Below, piece by piece: positions 23,671 to 34,268 of a DNA stretch of 64,000 bases (positions are counted from its first letter, which is position 1; the number at the start of each line of letters is the position of its first letter). The notes under the pieces are model-generated. The model made no database searches. It had not been told where the DNA came from and saw nothing but the letters and a program-made list of their open reading frames with translations. Made by a program: the position numbers and the translations under genes. The DNA comes from Vermamoeba vermiformis (Eukaryota). The stretch lies in assembly GCA_045837725.1 (NCBI GenBank), contig JBEWZL010000011.1, positions 186,001 to 250,000 of the forward strand. Direction: 5' to 3'.

Positions 23671-24729
23671 TTTGCCCTACGTATCTAATTTAATGTTTTA
23701 GGATGCCACACTGTGGAAAGTTTCTGCCACAGAGCAACTTACCACTCATTTCAATGCTCATTACAATGTTGTTCCTGAATTTGGCTTGCAGCTTCCAATT
23801 GTGACGAAGGCTGACTTGGTCTTTTATAACTGCACTGGAAGAATTTCTAACGCACATTGGAATGCAATGATGAAGTCCGTCCTCGAAAATGGCAGGGTTG
23901 TGATTATTGCTGAGCCAGCAGACTCCCCAACTATTTTCACTGGTCTTTCCGCCAAGGAAAATACTTTGGAGTTCGACTTCAAGTACACTGGCGTGATGTC
24001 ATATCCTCCTTCGCGGGTCCTTCAAAAAGACCGCCCTGCAGCAACTTGCTGGGACTTCTACTTTCTCAAGGTGAAAGGTGGCCAGCCACACTTTAATGAT
24101 GAAGATTTGGATGGGGCACGCCACAGAAGTCAATACTGGTCTCATGGTACCTTCAAAGCACCAACACAGGAAGAGCACTTGCACGCAAGAGCTTCCACTG
24201 CTGCACCTCCTATGTATCCAAGGCAGCCTCCAATTGAAATGTTTGAGTTTGTTATTCGGGTAAGTTTCTTTTTTTCACCACCTTTCCTTTGCTGACTAAT
24301 TGATAGGCCTTTGCTCCGCCTGCCCCTTTTGTCATTGTTTTCAACGAGTGCTCGGCAGCATCTTACATTGCCTGCGTCAATATGACAGCCACCTACCTTG
24401 GTTTCATGCTTACTGACAACAAGGAGGTTGCATGCCAACATGTTTCAAGGTTCATTTCCTCACGCTTGTCCAGCCAAGAAGATGCCACAGCCCTTCAAAA
24501 CACTTTGTTTGAGATTGTTACAAACAAAGTGCAAGAAGGTGATGAAGATGATGAGCCACTGGGACTGCCTGACACTCCTGCTAAGATGGCTGTGGATGAG
24601 GATTTGCCTGAGACCCCTTATGTGCCTGGCATCATGGATGAAACCCCAGCAGCTTCAAAGAAGCGCAAACGTGATGAACCTTCGTCACCTACAAACTTCA
24701 CCAAGAAGTCCAAATCTAATGCCAAGTAG
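21525..24729 (+). pseudogene. ParB/Srx-like N-terminal domain + low-complexity linker + degenerate DNA methyltransferase-like domain; one premature TAG
   Basis: Six exons; YRILGGNHRYEIF, EWPCYIL, EQLAGMDN; C-terminal ADLVFYN...VLENGRVVII...YPRQPPIEMFEFVIRAFAPPAPFVIVF...YLGF; TAG at 22237-22239 with the frame open on both sides. Confidence 0.65.
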
Positions 24730-24930
24730 GGCATTTGACTTGTAAAACTTTTTGCCTGTAGCAGGTTTTGTTTTACAATAAATATATCTTTTTCATACAA
24801 AATATTCTATTTCGTAAACTTTGTTTTTGCTCAAGTACGCTCTGTTTGTTTTTAACATACTATTTATTTAATTTAGTTGTATGAATTATTACAGTTTCGG
24901 AACATTTCTTCGAAAAATTGAATTTCTTCA

Positions 24931-24954
24931 GGACTGAGACTCGTGGACCTTGCC
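24931..24954 (-). repeat. Right TIR
   Basis: GGACTGAGACTCGTGGACCTTGCC followed by ATAT (24955-24958). Confidence 0.9.
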
Positions 24955-25302
24955 ATATTTTAATTTTTTTTGCACTTTGCCGAATCCTTTCCAAAATCAA
25001 TTTTTAAGCTTGTAACAGCATATTTACATGTATTAAAGCTATTATTTTATTATTCTGATCATCTTTTTCTACCAAAGCCTGTCATCAGCATTGTCATCAG
25101 CCCTCTCATCAGTTTTTGTCATCGGCACCCAAATTTTCGCAAAATTATTTCGGATTTACCTTGACTTTCTCATTGTTTTTGATCATTTGGGCATAATTAG
25201 CCTCCTCTGAAGTATATTTGGGCAAATTTTGAGACGCGCTGCCCTCGGCCTAGCGGCCTCGGACAGCGCCGAAGATCCCATTGTATAATCAATCACTAAT
25301 TA

Positions 25303-28300
25303 AAGCAAGTTGTATAGTGCAGCATTGGTGAAACAACTGGGAACCTTGACATTTTGCAACATCCATTGGCAAACGGGCTGTCCAATTGACTTGGAAATCA
25401 CCTGTCCGCCGTTTAGTGCTGGTAGTGCCATAGCTGGAGTGTAGTAAGTCTAGCTAATATATTTTACAATGTAAAATTTTGCTTACCAGCCTTCAGCTTT
25501 AATTCACGCCCATACTCGCCAGAACACACTGCACAGCTGGTGTTATCAATGAAGACTAAGCTTGCCTCAAAGATTTGTCTTCATGCCACATTAGTGAAAG
25601 CTACAGATGGTTCCCTTCAGTTTGGAATAACCGAAGGTCAGCATCGCCTTTCCACTCTTGCAACTCTCTATGCTAGCCACCCCCAAATTGCCAATTCCAC
25701 CTTGATTCTGCTTCAAGTTTGTCGAACAAAAGAGGTATATACATATCAATAGCATCCTTCTTATCCACCTGTGTTTATTAATTCATCACAGGACATCTTA
25801 GAGCTAACAAGCCAGCAAGGTGAAGCAGACTCAAATGCTTTAAGGGTGACTTGGGTGGATTCAGTATTCAATATTTGTCGGTTATTGCAAACCAACCCCA
25901 ATACTCACAACTGGACAACTACAGACTTCAGAGTTGCATTGGGAGCACCTTTTGAGAAGCAACAGGCCTACTGTAAGTGAAATGCATTCGGTTCACCAAC
26001 TATTTACTAACTGGAACAGTTAAATACTTGAAGATTGCAAAAGGCCTTGGAGAAGAAGCTTTCAGATATATTTTTAATTGTGTTCGAAAGCGTGCAATAG
26101 CCGAAATGAAGGGGTTACCAACAGAAGAGCCTTCATTCTCGTATAGCAAGCTAGAAACCCTCATCAAGCATTCACATGACACTCAGCTTAAATTAGTGCT
26201 TCAGAGTGAGTAGAATTGCTAATTACTATAATTACAGCTCTGTGATAACTGGTGCACTATTCAATACTGACTCTGACAGGAAATAATTTTGAACAAATTG
26301 GCCTATGGGAGAAACACGTTGCTGAAACACTCAAATCTGCCAAACAACACGAAAAACATGTGACAGTGTTCAAACAAGAAGTTGAGAGCTTAATGAAGGA
26401 GACAGATATCCAAAAACAATTAATACTCGAAATGGGTCTGCAATGGCTGACTGGTCCCAGTTTTAGTTCAGCTGAGCTTGATGACAAAGATATAACACGC
26501 AGGTTAAGTGTCATCAAGCAGATTGGCCAAATATTGAAGTTCACCGAGCATTCTGACTTCAGTGCAACAGACTTTCTACTGATTGACATCTGCTCTGGAG
26601 CTATTGATGATGAGGACCTTAGTAAACACATGAACAGAGCTGCTAGACTCGGTTGCTGGGGACTTTGTAAGCAGTGATTATTTATAACGACATGGTGCTA
26701 ACAAATGCAATAGGGATGCAAACAAAGGGCTTTGAGTTACCTAAGCTGGATGGTCTTATTCTTGTTCCTTTGTGCATTCTAGAAAACACTTTGTTTTCAC
26801 TATTTGCACCTCCAACAATAACAACAAGCTGTATCTTGAGCGTATTTGCTGCCCTCATGTACAAAGTAAGCTAATTCTATCTGCAAATCATTCTAACTGT
26901 TGCTTAGTTGACAGCTTCTGAGAGTTCTTTCAAAACAGCTGATCATGAAAGATTTATATTTAATGCAGCATTGGCATCATATATTTACTTCACAAAGCAA
27001 GGTACAGGTTTCTTTTTTTGCAATCACTGACTAATCACCTGTTCAGAATCAATTTGCGTATGGGATCTGTTTCCGGTCTCTTACCCAAGCTTGACTCGCT
27101 TCCGAACTGCCTACCAGGCGAATATCCAGTATAATGCACTTTGGAAATCCTCTGAACTTCAAATTGCTTTTGCCGCAAGCATTCAGGATGGATTCTCAAC
27201 ATTAGGGCCTCCACCTAAACGGTCCTTAGAAGTGCTGACTGCTGATGAGGTTAACAGGCTGGTAACAACAGTGCCTGCAGAGTCTGCTTTGCCAGAATCA
27301 GTTACTTCAGGAATTCCTCTGCACTACACCCAACCAACGAAGATAAAGTTACAACTAAAGCACAAATATGCACTCATGAATATTGAACATCAACTGCTCC
27401 CATATTTGAAGGATTTCAGCAAAGCAGACGCCATCTTTTCAGGGTTGCTTGAAAAGAGAAGCTTTAAACATAGTGTAGATGCAAGCAGCACACACCTTTA
27501 TTTTTTACCATACATCACCCTTGGTATGAATAGAATAATTACATGCCACTGTTACTCACCGTACAATTAAGAGCGCCAAAATATTGAAAGGAAGCTGCAA
27601 CATCATCTCGAATTGGCCTCCAAGTCATTATTTGAATGCACTCCGGAGGATTTTAAACTTTCGAACTGTTTGCTTAGAAATTTTCAGCACTGCCACAAAT
27701 GGGACAACATGTATATTTATCATGAAACAGTCTTTGGATCTTTGGGCTTTCATTTCGACTCCTTGGTAAGTTAAGTAAGGTTATGGAGCTAAGTATTAAC
27801 AAATTTCAAGGGTACTCCTGCAGTAAATATCTTGTTAGGACCTCCAGGATCAATGAAAATCTGGTACTTCATTGATGCAACACCTGAGAACTTGACTCGC
27901 TTTAGAAAATGTAAGTAGTATTTATCTTCTACTCTTTTCTAATGTTGGTCTGCATTCAGTGTGCGTACGGTCTTCTTCAAAAATTCAGGACATATGGATT
28001 ACACCTGAAACCCTAACCAAGAACGGAGTGACATTTCGTGTAGTGCATCAACAATGTGGAGACATGCTGATTGTTCCACCACTGCAATGGCATTGTGCTG
28101 TCTCAGCCCCCAATATCCCGGTAATTGTATTCATTAAACAAAAAAAAATAACTTACCACAGCACTAGGTTTCTCCAATTACTACAGGCATTGCATATACA
28201 ATCCTCCCCCTTCCTTGCTTACAACAAGCCATTGAGTTATACTTCAATTACACTACAACTCCAATCCCTTTGGAAATCATTTTGGGAGAGATGATTAACA

Positions 28301-29768
28301 AATCGTTCTTCAGCTCTTTATCACTTGAATATCAAAAAAGTTTAAAAGTTCAACTCACAAGAATAGTCAACAAATTCTCAAGCCTCAAAGATGCAAAGTT
28401 CAATACCCCACCATCGAGTAGACAATGTACAATCTGTGGTCGAGACCTTCCTTACTTCTTTGCAACGTGCAAGAAACTAGCTCTAAAATGCGACACAAGC
28501 AAGAAGCTGTTTTGCTGCTTTGTATGCTACCATCTTGATGTTTTTTCATCGTGTGGTCATGGGTTCACGTTATACAGATGTCACTATTCTGATACAATTT
28601 ACGAGCAACTAGAAAGGTATGTGTGTCCCAATATCAATCTCTATAATAATTTAATTTAGACTTATCGTGCAATTACACCCTGTAACTGAAGAAGGACAGT
28701 TATCATCAAATGACAATTCAGTTCTACCCAATGAAGCTGAGGCATTACAACATTCCATCATTGTACAAAACTCAGAGCTTGAAATCAATGAAACAAATGA
28801 ATTGCATCAATCTGTTTTCCCACAACTCGTTGCTGAAAATGAGGAACAAACTTCAAACACACTTGGCACTGTAAATGACCAATTCAAAAAGGTACAATTA
28901 ACTTACATAAAAATATCACTACTAATCATAATACAAGTACTGTCTCCACATTCTACAATGGACAAAGAGTTTATCTCCAGAATATTATCAGCTATTAGAT
29001 CTAGAACACCCTGTCATGCATCACTATGGAAACTTGGAGGCGTACTTGGTGTCAAACTTCAAATTACTCAGTGTTGGTTACAACAGTGCATCAACAGATA
29101 GCATTAAGCTTGACCAAACATACAAAACAATCACACAGCAGTTTTTTTCGTATGTTTACAAAAACAATAATGTATCATTTTAACATATCTAGCAGTGATA
29201 AGCCTTCAGATATTTTGCTGAAGAAGATGCAAATCATTAACGACACCTACTTCAAGGTGAAAAACCCTCATCAATACTTTGAGAACATTGAACTATTCGC
29301 CCAAAAGTTTAATTCCAGCTTTTTTGGATCACCAATGGATAATCAGGCCTTACACATTGATAGTGCCTGCTTTTTAGCAACAAAAAAAGCATTTGGACGA
29401 CTCAACAACACCCAAAAACAATATTTCATTCAACAGTAAGTACTTCTGGACTTGAAGTCAAAATTTCCTCTAATTGTTTATTTAGAGCTGCCCCAATGTT
29501 TGCTATGAGAGCAAAAAGTCTTGCACCACACCTGATTTTTATTCATGCAGCTCTTAATGTAGCTAACGTGCTATTGCCTTCCACCACCTTTGAAGAATTC
29601 ATGGTGTTTACCAAGAAGAAGAACACATACACTGTTTTTCATGCTGCTTGGGAAGGAGCTCAAGTTTTTGTGTTGCCACCAATGCAAAATTCCTTTGGGG
29701 GCCTTTCTTCTGCTGATGTCATTAGCTTAGCAGACAAATGTCTATCAGACTTCTTTAAAGATATTTAA
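25303..29768 (+). CDS. Large multi-exon ParB-like + JmjC (KDM4/5/6-like) + Cys/His zinc-finger protein, 5' end apparently missing
   Basis: NSRPYSPEHTAQLVLSM...ITEGQHRL; JmjC YIYHETVFGSLGFHFDSLGTPAVNILLG..MKIWYFI...HQQCGDMLIVPPLQWHCAVS; then CTICGRD...CKK...CCFVCYH...CGH. Confidence 0.72.
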
Positions 29769-29921
29769 CATAGCATATACTTCTTAACAAGCTTTATTAT
29801 ATATAATAAATACTTTTAGCAAAAACAACATCTTTGTTTACCTTTTGATCTTTGCTAAAAATTTACCACATTTTTATCAAAGACAATTTGTCTAAGCATT
29901 GAGAAATCCTTGTGGCCCTAG

Positions 29922-30223
29922 CAGAGTTAATAAATCTTTCAAACTCCATTATAGGGCAATTCACGACAGATGGAGGGCCAATCAAACATTGTTCCAAAGC
30001 CCAACCAAACAATTAGTGGTAAATTGGATTGTTGTGGCATGGAATCGAGTCGAACAGAATATAGTTAAAAAGAGCTTTAAGGTCTGTGGTATATCAAACG
30101 ACCTCAACGGAAGCGAAGAAAGTGAAGTGGCTGTCAAATTTCATCGCATGTTGTCATAAATTGTACAATAAATCCAGATTTTTCCAAACTGTTTATTTTT
30201 CCGACTTATTCGGCAGTTTACAG
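29922..30223 (+). mobile_element. 3' remnant of a pogo/Tigger-type (DDE_1) transposon
   Basis: VNKSFK...VVNWIVVAWNRV..NIVKKSFKVCGISNDLNGSEE, then a TIR-like end CCGACTTATTCGGCAGTTTACAG followed by TA. Confidence 0.7.
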
Positions 30224-30621
30224 TAAAGCAGAGTTTTCCTTGATACTATTATTGCCTCCTTCTAGGGCTCCTGAAAAACAAAAATAATCTAACAAAATTT
30301 CTAATAAGCAATAAGAATCCAGTTCTAGAGCTAGGCAACTCTACCTTTCTATTGCTATGCTCTTAGGCCATTCTCTTACGCTTTAAAATTTATCATTACC
30401 ATAAAAGGAAAAAAGGTCAAAAGCGTCCCCACCCAGGGGATGGTTTTCTTGTCCTCCTTTTTGTTTTGTTATTTTCACAATGTAGGGTTTTTCCATTGTG
30501 GTGTTTTTTTTTGTTGGTTAGGCCTGTGTGAATCTTTTGTAAGGAATTTCGCACAAAAGATCACAAATTTAATTCGTTATAACGTCGTATTGACTGCGCC
30601 CTTAATTAACAATATTGGAAA

Positions 30622-32548
30622 CTATTTACTAAATCTAGACACGTCAAACAAACTGTTGGTAAGGACCTTTTTCAAACTCTCTACAATGTGAAGCATTGGC
30701 TCATGATTTGTATTTGTTGATTGGAGCCACTCGTGATTTAATGCTTCTTTAAGAGAAAGTCGATCTGCAGCCTGAGTTGCTAATAATTTTGATATAAAGT
30801 CACGTGCTAGTGGAGTAACGTGATTGTCTGCAGGATCTGAAAATTTGAACGGCTCCTTCAGGTAACGATGTGTATGTACCATCAGTGCAAAATCATATTG
30901 TATATACTTGGCGTTAATTAAATCGTTCATAAATGGAAGACGGCCAGTCATTAACATGTGTGCTATCCAACCTAATTAACAATACATTTTTTAACAAAAT
31001 CAGTTCAGTAGCATGAATTTTGGATCTGACGAATACTACATAAAATTGATGCAGATATTGCATGAAGATAATAAGATAATAGTGCGTACTTACCGACTAC
31101 AAACGAATAAGTCTTTTCAGTGCACTTATCACCGGTGAACATTTCAAGCGTGGGGAGGAAAGATATAAAGTTGCCATTAAGTTCCGAAAAATGAAGCAAG
31201 GCCGGCAATAATTTAACCTCAATCTGGTGATAAGAAAAAAGAATTATTAACGCACATTTAAGGTATTTAAGTTATAATATTATTAGATCGCTATTATGCA
31301 TATTTAATAATTTAAAACGTACTTTATCGTTTGGCAGCAGATTCGCAGCCAGTAATCCGTGATTGAACTGGTACGAAAATATTTGATGGTCACAAAGCCA
31401 CTCAGCGAGCACCAATATTTGTCTCGTTATGTCTTGCACCTGCATTAATATACGAAACATTAAATAAGCAGAATTCCTAAACTTGAAACCGGATCGGACA
31501 TCAAACTTACGTTGGCTTCAGTGATAAGTTCAGGCCGTTTTAATAGTAATTCGAATAAGGATCCATCTGTTATTTCGCTAAATAATATGATACGGTGTGG
31601 CTTTCCGTTGTAGAAGAGATTTTGTACGGCCAGATTCGGATGTCGTTGATCTTTGAATTGAAGTTCGAAGTCGATCAAAAGGGGTTCAATGTCCTCTGGT
31701 TTGATGTCCATCTTAAAAGTAAATAAATGTTGTCCTATAGCAACGGGTGGGCTCCCAGGAATATTCTAAAAAGGAAAAATTAATTTCGGAATCGCTGTGC
31801 GGGTCCAACTTGCCTAAAAAGACTATAATTCAATCGGTATCGTTACATCAAATTAAATAACGCGATATGCTATTATTGCTTTTGTTTGACTTACGGCCAG
31901 TTGGATTCGCTGGATCGTACTTTGGTCAGACAGCGTTTTGATTTGTTTTTCGAAGCGGGAAATATTCTTTTCGTCAATAAAACAAGCAGTTAAACGTGAC
32001 AAGAATAACGAGAAATAATCTAGGAGCGTTATTAAATTCTAACGGATTTAAAGCCAAGTGCCACTTACCTGTATCTTCTTTGAAATATATCGACGAGATA
32101 TAATACTGCTTGCACATAAGCCTCCAAAAATCATTACTCTTAAAGACACCGTTCCAGTACTTGCTGAGCAGTTGAAGCCTGAATTATCAATTTAGCAAAT
32201 TCTTCTTTCGGTTTTATCAAATCGAGTCTTCGTAAAAATAATATAACAACAGTTTAATTAAATGATGCATCAAAATACCTTATAATGACCAATGGAGGTA
32301 GCGCAGCGTATTTTAAAATCTCGAATAATATTTCTTGTGGTAGTCGCGCGAGCCACTCTTCTTCCCAATGAACAAGCCTACTATTGCTAATCGTTAAATT
32401 ATTTTAAACGGAATATCCAAATTTTATAGTTTAGCAAACCGGATTTACGTAAAGACTTGTCATCTTACCCGTCATCGTTCGCGGATTCCTTTTCCTGGTG
32501 AGTGAATTTCTTTTTGTTGGTACGTTGACCTTTAGTAGTGTTTCCCAT
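30622..32548 (-). CDS. F-box + CAMK-like pseudokinase protein, possibly myristoylated (3' end uncertain)
   Basis: MGNTTK start; F-box LARLPQEILFEILKY...SKYWNGVFKSNDFWRLMC; kinase C-lobe MLMTGRLPF, ARDFISKLL, RLSLKEALNHEWL; no HRD or DFG seen. Confidence 0.65.
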
Positions 32549-32943
32549 ATTCGAACTGAGGTGCTGCAGTCGTTTTTCTAATTGAATTAAATTTTGTAGG
32601 GGCAAATTAAAACCTCTCATTATAACAAACAAAGAGATAATAGAAAGGTCGGTTATATAAGCGGATTATTGATGGCTGCAGAGAGTTGAGTGAGCTGATA
32701 CGACATTACTCGGATATTTATGCAAATCCACCAGCAAAGCGCCTGATTTGTAGACTAACGGTGGTTTGGAGGAAATATTATTGTTAACAAAACGCAAAAA
32801 ATCTTGAGCGGAATTACGCGTTGTGAACTACGGGGAAAGAAAAGTTCCGGCGTGCTGTTTCATACCTGTCAAGTTGTTAGTAATTTAATATTGATTTCCA
32901 ACTATCAACCGACTACCACAACTACAAAGTTATATATTTTCTA

Positions 32944-34112
32944 ATGTTGGGCGTTGTTGTCGCTGTTATCGTCGTGTTGGGCATCGCTTTCGTAGCTTCT
33001 TCCTTCTTGGGGAAGAAAAAGCTCACTCCTCAACAAGTGAAGGAGTTATTAAACCGTAAGTAATAACTTTAAAACGATAGTTTACGCTCATTAAGGAAAC
33101 ACTCGATCGCGATCAATTTTTAATTTTTTATTTTTCTTTCGCCACAGAAAAAGTCGTTATTGTTACTGGGGCCGCCCGAGGTCTTGGTAAAGCTCTTGCC
33201 GAAGAATTCGTTAGAAATGGATCCAAGTACGCGTTATTCCGCCAATTTAGATCGAGATCTTTTGCTAATTTATTATTCAAGGGTCGTCATCGTTGATCTG
33301 AAAGAAGACTTGTTAGAACAGGCTAAGAAAGAGTTGATTGAAATCTCTTCACCTGAATCCGTCGTAGCCTTGGCCGGAGATCTTTCCAAAAAAGAGTTTA
33401 GCAAGTGAGTGCAGCAGTATATTTATTGCTTTACTAATAAAATCATAGGGAAGTCATTGAAGCCACCGTGTCCAAGTTTGGCAAGATTGATATTTTGTTC
33501 GGCAATCACGGAATCTTCCCCGTAAAGCCGATCGAGGACTTCTCAGTCGAAGATATCGAAAAAGTCTTGCAAGTCAACTTCCTCGGCGCAGTATACTTGG
33601 CTAAGTATGCCATGGATCACATTAAAAAGACGAAGGGCAGCATTGCGGTTACATCTAGCATGTCAGGTTTGTGACGGATCTGAAATATTGCACAACAATA
33701 CGTTAAATTAACCAAAAAATTAGGAAAACTTGCCATTCGAAATTCCGCTTCTTACTGCGCTTCAAAACACGCTTTACTAGGTAAGTAGACAAATTGTGAA
33801 TCTTTTTGGATGCGATCTAACTTTTGGCAAGGTTTCTTTGACACCGTCCGTGTTGAACTTGCGGCCCATGGAGTTCAAGTAACCATCGTGTGCCCTGGTG
33901 GAATGCGCACTGAAATGATCAAGGAAGCTTACGGCACTTACACGCCCAACGAAAAAGTCAAGTTTTACACTCCCGAAGAACTCGCTCCTGGAATTATTGA
34001 AGCCGTCGCTGCACGCAAGCGAGAACATTACACTGAAGGATTTTTGCGTGTTTTGGGATTGACTAGAGCTTTGTTCCCTCAAACAATCGACAACTTCCTC
34101 GATAAATATTAG
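32944..34112 (+). CDS. Membrane-anchored short-chain dehydrogenase/reductase (DHRS7-like)
   Basis: N-terminal TM helix; IVTGAARGLG, GKIDILFGNHG, SSMSG, YCASKHAL, VCPG across exons. Confidence 0.88.
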
Positions 34113-34268
34113 ATGCCAGCCAAGTGGCTTAATTAGCGGTCTACTAATGCGTTATTTGCTATTTCGACGATTTGATGCTTCGAAGATTTATTACGACAAA
34201 AATTATTACAAGGTCTAAACGGGTAAAAATTAATTACAAGTGACGTGTGGGACAAGTGCCCTGGTGAT

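Larger units (their letters stand above)
19217..24954. mobile_element. 5.7-kb TIR DNA transposon (Sola2-like) with two divergent genes
   Basis: 24-bp TIRs GGCAAGGTCC(G/A)CGAGTCTCAGTCC with one mismatch, each flanked by ATAT; encloses a transposase and a second gene. Confidence 0.88.

Noticed and set aside
29890-29925. Helitron 3' end (CTAG)
   Set aside because: No GC-rich hairpin just upstream and the next base is not T; kept only as an approximate junction.
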